From the IMG/VR virus record IMGVR_UViG_3300030102_006934, positions 186,001 to 250,000 of that record: a DNA stretch of 64,000 nucleotides; one strand, written 5' to 3'. Each line of letters begins with the position of its first letter. Positions within the stretch are counted from its first letter, which is position 1. The translations under genes and the position numbers were made by a program. Below are positions 19,137-28,222 of the stretch, one piece after another. Below the pieces are notes generated by a model that was not told the origin of the DNA, made no database searches, and worked only from the letters and a program-made list of their open reading frames with translations.

Positions 19137-19568
19137 ATGAGAAAAGTAGTTATAGTTAGTGGGTACTTTAACCCAATTCATAAAGGACATTTAGAACTTT
19201 TAAGAAAGGCAAAAGAATTTAGTGATGATTATGTCATAGCCATAGTTAATTCAGACTTACAGAGAGAACTTAAGGGTTCAAAAGAATTCCAAGAAGAGAA
19301 CGAAAGACTAGAAATAGTTAGTTCAATAAAATACGTTGGCCACGCTTTAATTTCTATTGATAAAGATAGAACACAAATAGAAACTTTAAAACATATTCAC
19401 AATGAATATGGTAAGGTATGGGAACTTTATTTCGCGAATGGTGGGGACCAAGATAATAATTCAATACCAGAAAGCTCAATTTGTGGTGAACTAGGGATAA
19501 ATCTTTTAGATGGCCTTGGTGATAAAATACAATCTAGTAGTTGGTTACTAAAAAATAAAAACAAATAA
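19137..19568 (+). CDS. Cytidylyltransferase-family nucleotidyltransferase (RfaE/TagD-like)
   Basis: SGYFNPIHKGH (HxGH), FANGGD, KIQSSS. Confidence 0.85.
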   Translation: MRKVVIVSGYFNPIHKGHLELLRKAKEFSDDYVIAIVNSDLQRELKGSKEFQEENERLEIVSSIKYVGHALISIDKDRTQIETLKHIHNEYGKVWELYFANGGDQDNNSIPESSICGELGINLLDGLGDKIQSSSWLLKNKNK

Positions 19569-19569
19569 A

Positions 19570-19914
19570 ATGGAACAAAACGAGAGTAGACCTTGGGGTA
19601 AGTATGAGATACTTCTATCAAGTGATAATTGTAAAGTAAAAAAAATAACAGTAAGTCCAGGTGGTAGACTTAGTTATCAATACCACCATAAAAGAAGTGA
19701 AGTTTGGACAATAACTTCTGGTGTTGCCACAATAACTTTAGATGATGATGTTCAAGACTACAATTATGGAGAAACGGTTTTAATTCCTCAAGGAACAAAA
19801 CATAGGGTTGAAAATAGGGGAGAAGAAGATTTAAACTTCATAGAAGTTCAGTATGGGTCTTACTTTGGTGAGGACGACATAGTTAGAATTGAAGATGATT
19901 ATGATAGAAAATAA
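19570..19914 (+). CDS. Type II mannose-6-phosphate isomerase cupin (ManC C-terminal-like)
   Basis: RPWG, LSYQYHHKRSEVW, KHRVEN, IEVQYGSYFGEDDIVRIEDDY. Confidence 0.9.
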   Translation: MEQNESRPWGKYEILLSSDNCKVKKITVSPGGRLSYQYHHKRSEVWTITSGVATITLDDDVQDYNYGETVLIPQGTKHRVENRGEEDLNFIEVQYGSYFGEDDIVRIEDDYDRK

Positions 19915-19935
19915 CACACTGTAAATAAAATAAGA

Positions 19936-20298
19936 ATGAAAAAAGAAAGAATTGAAAGATTATTGGTCAAACACCCAAGTGGGTATAAAAAAATAAGAAG
20001 AATATTATTTAATTTATACAGACCTATTGTACACCCAAAAAAAAATAAAAAATTTTTTATGTTTAAATTACACCCAATAACTTATATTATGGTAATTGCG
20101 TTTATAACATCTTTTATTTTATATTCAGTGGGTAATGAAAATTGGGCCGTACCTTTTATTACTTGTTGGGCTTTTATACCTACTACTTGGATTTATTTTA
20201 AAATAACCCCACAAACTTGGGATGAGATGGACGATTATGAAAAAGAAATTTTTAGAGGTTTAAATAATAAATCTAGGGATTGGGAACCTATTTTATAG
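19936..20298 (+). CDS. Hypothetical membrane protein
   Basis: Two hydrophobic segments. Confidence 0.6.
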   Translation: MKKERIERLLVKHPSGYKKIRRILFNLYRPIVHPKKNKKFFMFKLHPITYIMVIAFITSFILYSVGNENWAVPFITCWAFIPTTWIYFKITPQTWDEMDDYEKEIFRGLNNKSRDWEPIL

Positions 20299-20335
20299 GT
20301 TTATTAATCACATTAATATTTATAATAAAAAGGTT

Positions 20336-20719
20336 ATGATATACATTGGATTTATATTGTTTTTAATTTCTGGGATTTGTGAAGCGGTTATGGATAAAAT
20401 ACAGTTCCATTACGATAGTTCTATATTTAAAAGAAAAAAGAATCAGCTATTTTGGGACCCTAGGGAGTCTTGGAGAAATAAGTATAAAAATGGTGACCCT
20501 TTAGCTGGTGAAAAATTTTTTTTATCTAAGAGCCTTCTTGTTGGGTTTACCGATGCTTGGCATCTATTTAAACTATTAAGAACTTTTTGTATGTTCTCTG
20601 GTATATTTTTTTTATTTATACCTTGTAACACTAAAATGACTTGTTTAATGTTTGTTATCATAGCTAGGGTTGTGTTTGGTTTATCTTTCACATTCTTCTT
20701 TAATAAGTTCGATAATTAA
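20336..20719 (+). CDS. Hypothetical membrane protein
   Basis: Hydrophobic termini; SWRNKYKNGD and FTDAWHLFK motifs; TATTTATA upstream. Confidence 0.65.
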   Translation: MIYIGFILFLISGICEAVMDKIQFHYDSSIFKRKKNQLFWDPRESWRNKYKNGDPLAGEKFFLSKSLLVGFTDAWHLFKLLRTFCMFSGIFFLFIPCNTKMTCLMFVIIARVVFGLSFTFFFNKFDN

Positions 20720-20750
20720 TATTTGAAACATATTTATATAAAAACAATAA

Positions 20751-21146
20751 ATGGCACAAAACTTCTTTATTAGAAAAAACTCACAACTACCAGTACTACA
20801 AATGAAAATCATTAACGATGGTAGAAACGACTATAAGAAAATATTCGAGGAACTAGAGAATGCGGCTATAACATTTTCAATGTTAAACATAGAAACAGGT
20901 AGGTATAAGGTTTTTAATCAACCCGCTCTAATAATACCAGTTGAAAATGATAATTGTTTAACAATACAACAAGAATATTATTTAGGGTACCAATTTAAAA
21001 AAAGAGAGGTAAATACGGCTGGTGTATATAAAGGTGAATTTAAAATAGATACTTTCAGTGATGGTTGTTCATTGATATTGCCAATATACGAGGAACTATT
21101 TATAAACGTAATAGATAGTTTTGTTAATTCTAAGATAGTTTGTTAA
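20751..21146 (+). CDS. Putative structural protein (BppU N-terminal-like Ig fold)
   Basis: FFIRKNSQLP, TAGVYKGEFKI; late motif upstream. Confidence 0.5.
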   Translation: MAQNFFIRKNSQLPVLQMKIINDGRNDYKKIFEELENAAITFSMLNIETGRYKVFNQPALIIPVENDNCLTIQQEYYLGYQFKKREVNTAGVYKGEFKIDTFSDGCSLILPIYEELFINVIDSFVNSKIVC

Positions 21147-22970
21147 TTAAAAATAACCACTAAGTAATTCACCAAACAAATCATTTTCTATATCCATAGA
21201 TACGTGTTCATCACCTATTACAGTGTCTATTATTTTTCTTTTCTTTTCTAGTATTTTAAACATCATCTCATCAATAGTACCTACGGCTATAGGGTAATAC
21301 ACATTGGTTGTTGACGTACTACCTATCCTATGAGCTCTATCTTCCGCTTGTGAGTGGTTTGAGGGTACAAAATCTAAATCATTCATAATAACTGTTTCAG
21401 CTTTGGTTAGGGTTATGGCTGTACCAGCTGAAATAAGATTACCAACAAAAACTTTAACATTATCGTCTTCTTGAAATCTATCTATCGAATTTTGTTTACT
21501 GTTTGCATTCATTTTACCGTTATGACCAACCGCTAACCCACCAAAATGGTTCATTAAATAATCAAAGGAGTGGGTAAAGTTAGTGAATATAATAACTTTT
21601 TGACCATTTTCTACCGCTTGTTCAGCTAATTCAATGGTTAATTTAGTTTTTTCTAGAGAGAGGTACTTTCTTAAAACTATTAACTCTACCATATGTCTAC
21701 CCGAACCTAATTTTTTACCCTCTGATTTGGCCCAAGCCAAGTACTCATCAAAAACTTTATGATACTGATTCATATCCTCTATTTCTACGTAGTATGGTGC
21801 CACTATTTTAGGTGGTAAATCTAAATGGTCTTCTTTTTTTCTTCTAAGTATTAAGTTTTTAGTTCTATCATGTAGTTCTTCTAAGTTAGAAGCCCCATCA
21901 GTTATCCATATATCTTTATATGCACCAGACTTCAACCTCTTTTTAAATTTTTTACCATCACAATATCTAAACGCGAATTGTTTCCAACTAGCTGTAACTG
22001 GTGAATCACATATATTTAATAGGTTAAAGAAGTCCATGGGTCTATTTGCTATGGGGGTACCCGTTAGTAACCAACGTTTTTTAATTTTCTCCGTTACTTG
22101 ATTCATTATTTTAGTTCTATTAGCTTTTGGGTTTTTCACCATGTGTGCTTCATCCATTATAACTAAATCGAAACCTTCTTCTACTAGTTCTCTACGTATT
22201 TCATGTTCTTTATATTTTTTTCTACCATCTGTGATGGTGTGAAAATTTTTTAGAATATCATAATTTATGATAGTATACTTTTTAGGGTTCCAATGTCCAG
22301 ACTTGATAATTGATATCTCATCCTCTGGTATATAAGCATTGATTTCACGAAACCAATTTATTTTAGCATTAGCTGGACAAACGATTAATATTTTCTCCGA
22401 TTTAGATTCTATAGAAGCTATAGTAGACATTAATGTCTTACCCAAACCCATATCATCCCCTAAAATACGATTATTCTTACTTAACAAAAACTTAATACCA
22501 GATTCTTGGTGTGGGAAAACACGCCAACCTCTTTTATCTAACTTTTGGTATTTATCGAAATCTACCTCAACCTCTACCTCAACATCTAGTAAATTTTCAT
22601 AAACTTGTGTTTTAGATAAATAAAAGGTTGGTGAATACTTTTGATTTTTAAATAATTTTCCTTTGACGTGATAACTTTTTTCAGTTTCACCTAAAACCCA
22701 TTCTACCAAAACTTTTTGTGGTATGTGACTTAGTTCGAACTTAGTTTGTAATTGTTTACCCTGAAATTCGTTTATATCTACGACTTTGTTTATTTCTACT
22801 GGGTCTCTATCGAAATTTAATTCTATATATTCTGCTGTACTGGGTGATATTGGAAAGTCTCCTTCTTTTTCTATTCTATCTCTTAGAGATAATAAATATT
22901 CATTAATGCCACTATAACTCTTAAGTTTAACCAGAGCTTTTCTGTTTTTCAACTTACTAATATCTAACAT
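21147..22970 (-). CDS. SNF2-family (SMARCAL1/HARP-like) helicase/translocase
   Basis: DDMGLGKT, DEAH, LTGTP, QAEDRAHRIG. Confidence 0.92.
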   Translation of the reverse strand: MLDISKLKNRKALVKLKSYSGINEYLLSLRDRIEKEGDFPISPSTAEYIELNFDRDPVEINKVVDINEFQGKQLQTKFELSHIPQKVLVEWVLGETEKSYHVKGKLFKNQKYSPTFYLSKTQVYENLLDVEVEVEVDFDKYQKLDKRGWRVFPHQESGIKFLLSKNNRILGDDMGLGKTLMSTIASIESKSEKILIVCPANAKINWFREINAYIPEDEISIIKSGHWNPKKYTIINYDILKNFHTITDGRKKYKEHEIRRELVEEGFDLVIMDEAHMVKNPKANRTKIMNQVTEKIKKRWLLTGTPIANRPMDFFNLLNICDSPVTASWKQFAFRYCDGKKFKKRLKSGAYKDIWITDGASNLEELHDRTKNLILRRKKEDHLDLPPKIVAPYYVEIEDMNQYHKVFDEYLAWAKSEGKKLGSGRHMVELIVLRKYLSLEKTKLTIELAEQAVENGQKVIIFTNFTHSFDYLMNHFGGLAVGHNGKMNANSKQNSIDRFQEDDNVKVFVGNLISAGTAITLTKAETVIMNDLDFVPSNHSQAEDRAHRIGSTSTTNVYYPIAVGTIDEMMFKILEKKRKIIDTVIGDEHVSMDIENDLFGELLSGYF

Positions 22971-23047
22971 AACTTATTAAATATACAAACATTTTTAATA
23001 AAATAAATGAAATGGTATTTAATAGATATTTATATAAAAAAACATTT

Positions 23048-23566
23048 ATGAGTAAAAAGAAATTCCCTATTTCAAGATTACATAGATTCTATGACTACAC
23101 TGATTTTAATCTAGAGGATGAGATGGCTCGTGAATTCGTTGAGGGTGATTTAAATTTTACTGTGGTCTTATTTAGAGTTGATAGGATTAAAAGTCAAACA
23201 GATGATGTTTATGGTGAATCTAGTACTCAAGAAATAAGGTTTAAACCACCTATTGAAATAAAAGTTAGACCACTATTAGAAAAATCAGAGTCAAAAGCCT
23301 ATTCTGAAGGTTTTGGTAGAATAGAAGAGTATGGTAATTTTACTTTTACTGTGTTCGTTACCCATTTAGAAGAACTCAATGTGGATATAACCTATGGTGA
23401 CTATATAGGTTACTCAGATAGAGAAGATAATATTAAGTATTTTACTGTTGTAGATGATGGTAAAATATTTTCAGATAACCAACATACTAGACTTGGGTAT
23501 AAAGGTTATTATAGAACTGTTGTTTGTACTACAGCTGATGAAAATGAATTTAATCCAAACTACTAA
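23048..23566 (+). CDS. Neck/head-closure protein (gp14-like)
   Basis: TDDVYGE motif; lies before the terminator and sheath genes. Start moved to ATG 23048 because TATTTATA sits at 23027-23034. Confidence 0.6.
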   Translation: MSKKKFPISRLHRFYDYTDFNLEDEMAREFVEGDLNFTVVLFRVDRIKSQTDDVYGESSTQEIRFKPPIEIKVRPLLEKSESKAYSEGFGRIEEYGNFTFTVFVTHLEELNVDITYGDYIGYSDREDNIKYFTVVDDGKIFSDNQHTRLGYKGYYRTVVCTTADENEFNPNY

Positions 23567-24606
23567 TGTCTTTACCTAAAAAAATAAAAAAAGATATAGA
23601 TATAAAGGTTACAGACCCATATGATGGTCCTCAAAATTGGTCTGAACAGTTTTTAGAACAAAACAAACAGTTTTTACCTAGGGAAGTTGCTATTGATGAT
23701 CTGGATAAAGGTTTTGTTGATTTTGTAAATAATGATTTAGAAATAACAATAGAGGGTAAGAAAATACCAATACACTTTTTGACATTACAAAGATGGAATG
23801 AGTTCGCTAAAACTTGGAGAACCAGTGATAAGTATAAAAACATAAAAATACCATTCATGTCCATTGTTAGAAGACCTAACCCAGAACAAGGTACTAATCC
23901 AGCCGATTTCAAGATACCTGTCAGAAAAGAGTTCCCTTATATGCAAATACCTATTTGGGATGGTAACCGAAAGGGAGCTGACATATACGGGATACCCAAC
24001 CCAGTTGGTGTGGATATGTATTACACTGTTAGGTTTTTTACTTTTAGAATGAGAGAGTTAAATAAATTAACTAAAAAAATATTACAAACCTTTGCTTCGG
24101 CTCAAGCTTATGTTAATATTAAAGGACACTATTTCCCAATAATGTTGGAGAGTATAGGTGATGAAAGTCAGGTTGATGATATAAACGGTAAGAGATATTA
24201 TGTTCAAAGTTACGAAATGAAGTTAATGGGTTATTTGGTTGATACTGAAGAGTTCGAGGTTAAACCAGCTATTAGTAGAGTGTTTTTAACTACAGAGTTA
24301 GATTCTAAAAAACCTAAAAATATAACTAAGTTTATTAAAGATGATACATCTGATAACCAAAGTTTAAAATGTGTGATACAATTTTTACCTGGAGCAGGTA
24401 CTAGTATAAAATTTAATGTTGATAATAAAACTGATTTTACAACTATAGATACTAATAATATAACTACTTACACTATTTATAAAAACGGTTCGGTAGTTAA
24501 CGTACCTTTTAGTGTAGAACCTAGTGACGTTATTGAGATAACTGTGGTAAAGGTAGATTCCAATAAAACGGCTGAAATAATAATAAATGGTTTAATAACG
24601 GTATAA
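23566..24606 (+). CDS. Tail terminator/sheath-stabiliser (gp15-like)
   Basis: IDDLDKGF, KIPFMSIVR, PVGVDMYYTV; gene position. Confidence 0.55.
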   Translation: MSLPKKIKKDIDIKVTDPYDGPQNWSEQFLEQNKQFLPREVAIDDLDKGFVDFVNNDLEITIEGKKIPIHFLTLQRWNEFAKTWRTSDKYKNIKIPFMSIVRRPNPEQGTNPADFKIPVRKEFPYMQIPIWDGNRKGADIYGIPNPVGVDMYYTVRFFTFRMRELNKLTKKILQTFASAQAYVNIKGHYFPIMLESIGDESQVDDINGKRYYVQSYEMKLMGYLVDTEEFEVKPAISRVFLTTELDSKKPKNITKFIKDDTSDNQSLKCVIQFLPGAGTSIKFNVDNKTDFTTIDTNNITTYTIYKNGSVVNVPFSVEPSDVIEITVVKVDSNKTAEIIINGLITV

Positions 24607-25025
24607 TGAATAAGAATTGTGGTCCTGATATTATAAAATATTTTATTGTAGAAAGTGGTTCTACAAATTCTAACTTTACTACTGTAAGTTACACATCAAC
24701 CAATATATTAAACAATGATTTGGTAACCGTTCTACCAACCCCAAACCCAAATGAATATTACCAAATCTTAGGAGTTTTTAAATATGTATATGGTACTACA
24801 CCCTATATTGTTGGTGGTATGGATTTTTTAAGGTTAAATAATGTTGCTGGTGGTACGATGGTTACCGCTCCAATACCAACGGGTAGTAGTAATGAGGTAA
24901 TAACAGGTTTTAATGCTGTAACAGAATTAGGTCAACCTTTAACTATGGATTTAAGGATTGGTGTAATTACTGGTGGAGATGGTTTTGTAAATGTTGATGT
25001 GACTTATGAATTGTTAACTTTTTAA
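24606..25025 (+). CDS. Hypothetical virion protein
   Basis: Translationally coupled (TAATG overlap); beta-rich. Confidence 0.55.
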   Translation: MNKNCGPDIIKYFIVESGSTNSNFTTVSYTSTNILNNDLVTVLPTPNPNEYYQILGVFKYVYGTTPYIVGGMDFLRLNNVAGGTMVTAPIPTGSSNEVITGFNAVTELGQPLTMDLRIGVITGGDGFVNVDVTYELLTF

Positions 25026-25030
25026 AATAT

Positions 25031-25192
25031 TTATTGTAATATTTCATCACCGTATATATCTATTTTAGTTTTACATTTATCTTTTATTAACTTTTCGACA
25101 AAAGCGAACATTTTTAAACCATTTTTGTCACAATAGTCTTTTAATATTTTATGTGTTTGAGGTGTAATTTTCAAGTTTTTATCTCTTTTCAT
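25031..25192 (-). CDS. Small ribbon-helix-helix-like DNA-binding protein (53 aa, not in ORF track)
   Basis: MKRDKNLKITPQTHKILKDYCDKNGLKMFAFVEKLIKDKCKTKIDIYGDEILQ: short strand, helix, G turn, helix. Confidence 0.65.
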   Translation of the reverse strand: MKRDKNLKITPQTHKILKDYCDKNGLKMFAFVEKLIKDKCKTKIDIYGDEILQ

Positions 25193-25205
25193 ATGGCTTT
25201 TCTCT

Positions 25206-25266
25206 ATAAGTATGATAAAAGTATCTTTTTTTTCATACTTATTTTATGGTATATACCATAAAATAA
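25206..25266. promoter_or_regulatory. Two adjacent inverted repeats, candidate operator
   Basis: ATAAGTATGA (25206-15) / TCATACTTAT (25233-42), and a perfect 28-bp palindrome TTATTTTATGGTATATACCATAAAATAA (25239-66). Confidence 0.55.
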
Positions 25267-25331
25267 ATTTTTTGAGTTTTTATCTAATATTTATTATTAG
25301 AAAATAACATAAAAAGAAAAAACATTTTTCA

Positions 25332-28148
25332 ATGGCAGACAATAAAGTATATGTATCACCAGGTGTGTTTACATCAGAAAAAGATTTAACATTTGTAGCA
25401 CAACAAGTTGGTGTTACAACATTAGGTATAGTTGGTGAGACTGTTAAAGGTCCAGCTTTCGAACCTATTTTTATAACAAATTATGAAGAGTATACCACAA
25501 TATTCGGTGGACTAAATCCTAGAATATTTTTAAATGGTAAACCTCAGTTTGAAGCTTCTTATATAGCTAAACAGTATTTAACAGAATCTAATCAATTATT
25601 TGTAACTAGAATATTAGGTTTAACTGGTTATGATGCTGGAGCGGCTTGGGCAATTGTAGCTGATGCTGATTACGACCCTAGTACAATAGTAACTGCTTCT
25701 ACTGGTACGTTCACAGCTTCTTTCTCAGGAGCGGGAGCTACATTAGAGTTCTTTGGATTTGCTGGAGCGGGAGCTACTGAAGCCGAAAACTTAATAGACG
25801 ATAACGCTGGTATCAACGTAAATCCTTACACAGGTGTTGGTACTGATTTTTCATTACCAGGTGGTGGTGAGATATCATTCACTAAAAATGTTGGTGGTGG
25901 TTTTGATGGTTCTGCTATTGTAGGTGAGGTTACATCAGCTAACTCAACAGGACTTACTGGTACAATAAGTGGTGTAACAAGTACATTTACGGCGGACGCT
26001 TATGATTGTGAGAACAAAGTATTAGCGATGGTAAGGTCTAGAGCTGACGTTATTAGTGACATTCTTTATTGGAGAACGGACCAATCAGCAACTGGTTTAG
26101 TGGGTGACTTTAGTTTAACATCAACCGATCCTTTAGGTAATTTTACTCTATCAGCTTCTAGTTCTGGATTTACTAGTGTAGAAACTTATGAAGCTTCTTT
26201 AGATTCCACTAAAAGAAATTATTTACCTAGGGTTATTGGTCAGAATTGTTCTGATAGAGATACTAGAGTATGGGTGGAAGAAATTTACCCTAACATGTTA
26301 TCTGATTTGATTACTAACGGTAAAATTTTAGGTTTAAAATCACAATTATTACATTTTGATAGTTTTGATAATTATCAACAACAATGGCAAACACCTGAGA
26401 CTCCTTGGATTGTTTCAGAATTACGAGGTAACCAAGTAGATAAACTATTTAAGTTTATTTCTATTTCAGACGGTAGTGGAGCAAATAAAGAAATAAAAAT
26501 ATCAATACAAAGAATTAATTTAGAAGATAAGACTTTTGATGTTGTTGTTAGAGAATTCTACGATTTAGATTCTAGACCACAAATATTAGAAAGATTCTCT
26601 AGATGTTCGTTAGACCCTAACGATAATTCATTTATCGGTGAAAGAATAGGTACAGCAGATGGTGAGTATCCACTTAGAAGTAGATTTATCATGTTAGTAC
26701 TTAATCCTGACGCACCAACAGACGCTTTCCCATCAGGATTTGAGGGGTATAGAGTTAGGGATTATGTAACTAGTGATTCTTTAACTACGGCTTTAGCACC
26801 AGAATTAGAGTACAAAAGTTCTTATGACTTAACTAATGATAAATTAAGAAAAGTTTATTTAGGTATATCTAACACTGTAGGAATCGACCAAGACATGTTT
26901 GATTGGAAGGGTTATACTAATGATTCATCACCAAATCCATGGACAGCCACTACTAAAGGTTTCCATATGGACAGTGGAGCTACTGTAGCTGGTGAGTTTA
27001 TTGTTGGTTGTTGTCCATTTACTGACGCTTTAGCGATACAAGATACTGTTTATGAAAGTGTTAACGCTAGAAAATTCACATTAGTACCTTACTTAGGTTT
27101 TGATGGTTGGAATTGCCATAGAGAGTCTGGTACTACACCAAGAACAAACACTGATAGATATAGAATAGGTAAGGCTGGTTTTACAGCTGGTTTAACATCA
27201 TCTGAATTTAGTCAATTAAGTAATACTATTGGTACTTCAGATTACTACGCTTATTTAGAGGCTATACAAACTTTCCAAAATCCAGAGAGTGTTAATATAA
27301 ATGTGTTTACAACACCAGGTATAGATTATCAATCTAACTTAAGTTTAGTTGAGGAGACTATTGATATGATAGAGGAAGATAGAGCTGACTCAATCTATTT
27401 AGTTACTTCTCCAGACGGAGCTGTTCAAGAAGATTCTTCATTTGACTTAAATGGTTTAGGTTTTAACACAATAGATAAGTTATCACCAGATGCTATAGTA
27501 GACATCTTAAGTGACGCTGATTTAGATTCTAACTATACAGCCACTTACTGGCCTTGGATTCAAATGAAAGATAGTGAGAACTCTGTAAACATATTTTTAC
27601 CACCAACACTAGAAGTGGTAAAAGATATAGCACTTACGGATAATATATCTTTCCCATGGTACGCAACAGCAGGTTATACAAGAGGTAGAACTGTAGCTAT
27701 TCAACCAAGAACTAAATTAACTGAATCACAAAGAGATACACTTTATGAAGGTAGAATTAACCCAATGGCGTTCTATTCTGATGAAGGTACTTTAATTTGG
27801 GGTAACAAGAACCTACAAGTTGCTGATTCAGCATTAGATAGATTAAATATTAGAAGATTGTTACTACAAACTAGAAAATTAATTTCAGCAGTAGCGGTAA
27901 GATTGTTATTTGAACAAAACGACCAAATAGTTAGAAATCAATTCTTAAACTTAGTAAATCCAATTTTAGATAATATTAGAAGAGAAAGAGGTTTATCAGA
28001 CTTTAGAGTTCAACTTTCTAGTGACCCTGAAGAAATTGATAGAAATGAAATGAGAGGTAAGATATTCTTAAAACCAATTCCTACCTTAGAATTTATAATC
28101 TTAGAGTTTAATGTAACTCCTACTGGAGCGTCATTCGATGATATCTAA
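25332..28148 (+). CDS. Contractile tail sheath protein (gp18-like)
   Basis: VSPGVFTSEKD, KGPAFEP, YWPW, PWYATAGYTRG, RDTLYEGRINP, LNIRRLL, LLFEQND. Confidence 0.95.
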   Translation: MADNKVYVSPGVFTSEKDLTFVAQQVGVTTLGIVGETVKGPAFEPIFITNYEEYTTIFGGLNPRIFLNGKPQFEASYIAKQYLTESNQLFVTRILGLTGYDAGAAWAIVADADYDPSTIVTASTGTFTASFSGAGATLEFFGFAGAGATEAENLIDDNAGINVNPYTGVGTDFSLPGGGEISFTKNVGGGFDGSAIVGEVTSANSTGLTGTISGVTSTFTADAYDCENKVLAMVRSRADVISDILYWRTDQSATGLVGDFSLTSTDPLGNFTLSASSSGFTSVETYEASLDSTKRNYLPRVIGQNCSDRDTRVWVEEIYPNMLSDLITNGKILGLKSQLLHFDSFDNYQQQWQTPETPWIVSELRGNQVDKLFKFISISDGSGANKEIKISIQRINLEDKTFDVVVREFYDLDSRPQILERFSRCSLDPNDNSFIGERIGTADGEYPLRSRFIMLVLNPDAPTDAFPSGFEGYRVRDYVTSDSLTTALAPELEYKSSYDLTNDKLRKVYLGISNTVGIDQDMFDWKGYTNDSSPNPWTATTKGFHMDSGATVAGEFIVGCCPFTDALAIQDTVYESVNARKFTLVPYLGFDGWNCHRESGTTPRTNTDRYRIGKAGFTAGLTSSEFSQLSNTIGTSDYYAYLEAIQTFQNPESVNINVFTTPGIDYQSNLSLVEETIDMIEEDRADSIYLVTSPDGAVQEDSSFDLNGLGFNTIDKLSPDAIVDILSDADLDSNYTATYWPWIQMKDSENSVNIFLPPTLEVVKDIALTDNISFPWYATAGYTRGRTVAIQPRTKLTESQRDTLYEGRINPMAFYSDEGTLIWGNKNLQVADSALDRLNIRRLLLQTRKLISAVAVRLLFEQNDQIVRNQFLNLVNPILDNIRRERGLSDFRVQLSSDPEEIDRNEMRGKIFLKPIPTLEFIILEFNVTPTGASFDDI

Positions 28149-28162
28149 GATGTGAAATTAAT

Positions 28163-28195
28163 AAATGGGGATTACTAAACAGTTTTCCCCATTTT
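28163..28195 (+). terminator. Probable terminator hairpin after the sheath gene
   Basis: AAATGGGGA...TCCCCATTTT. Confidence 0.55.
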
Positions 28196-28222
28196 AACAT
28201 ATTTATATTAAAAAAGAATATT

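Noticed and set aside
23012-23047. ORF-track start at 23012 (also 1496 and 33578)
   Set aside because: Promoter position, translational coupling and shared leader motifs favour 23048, 1514 and 33608.
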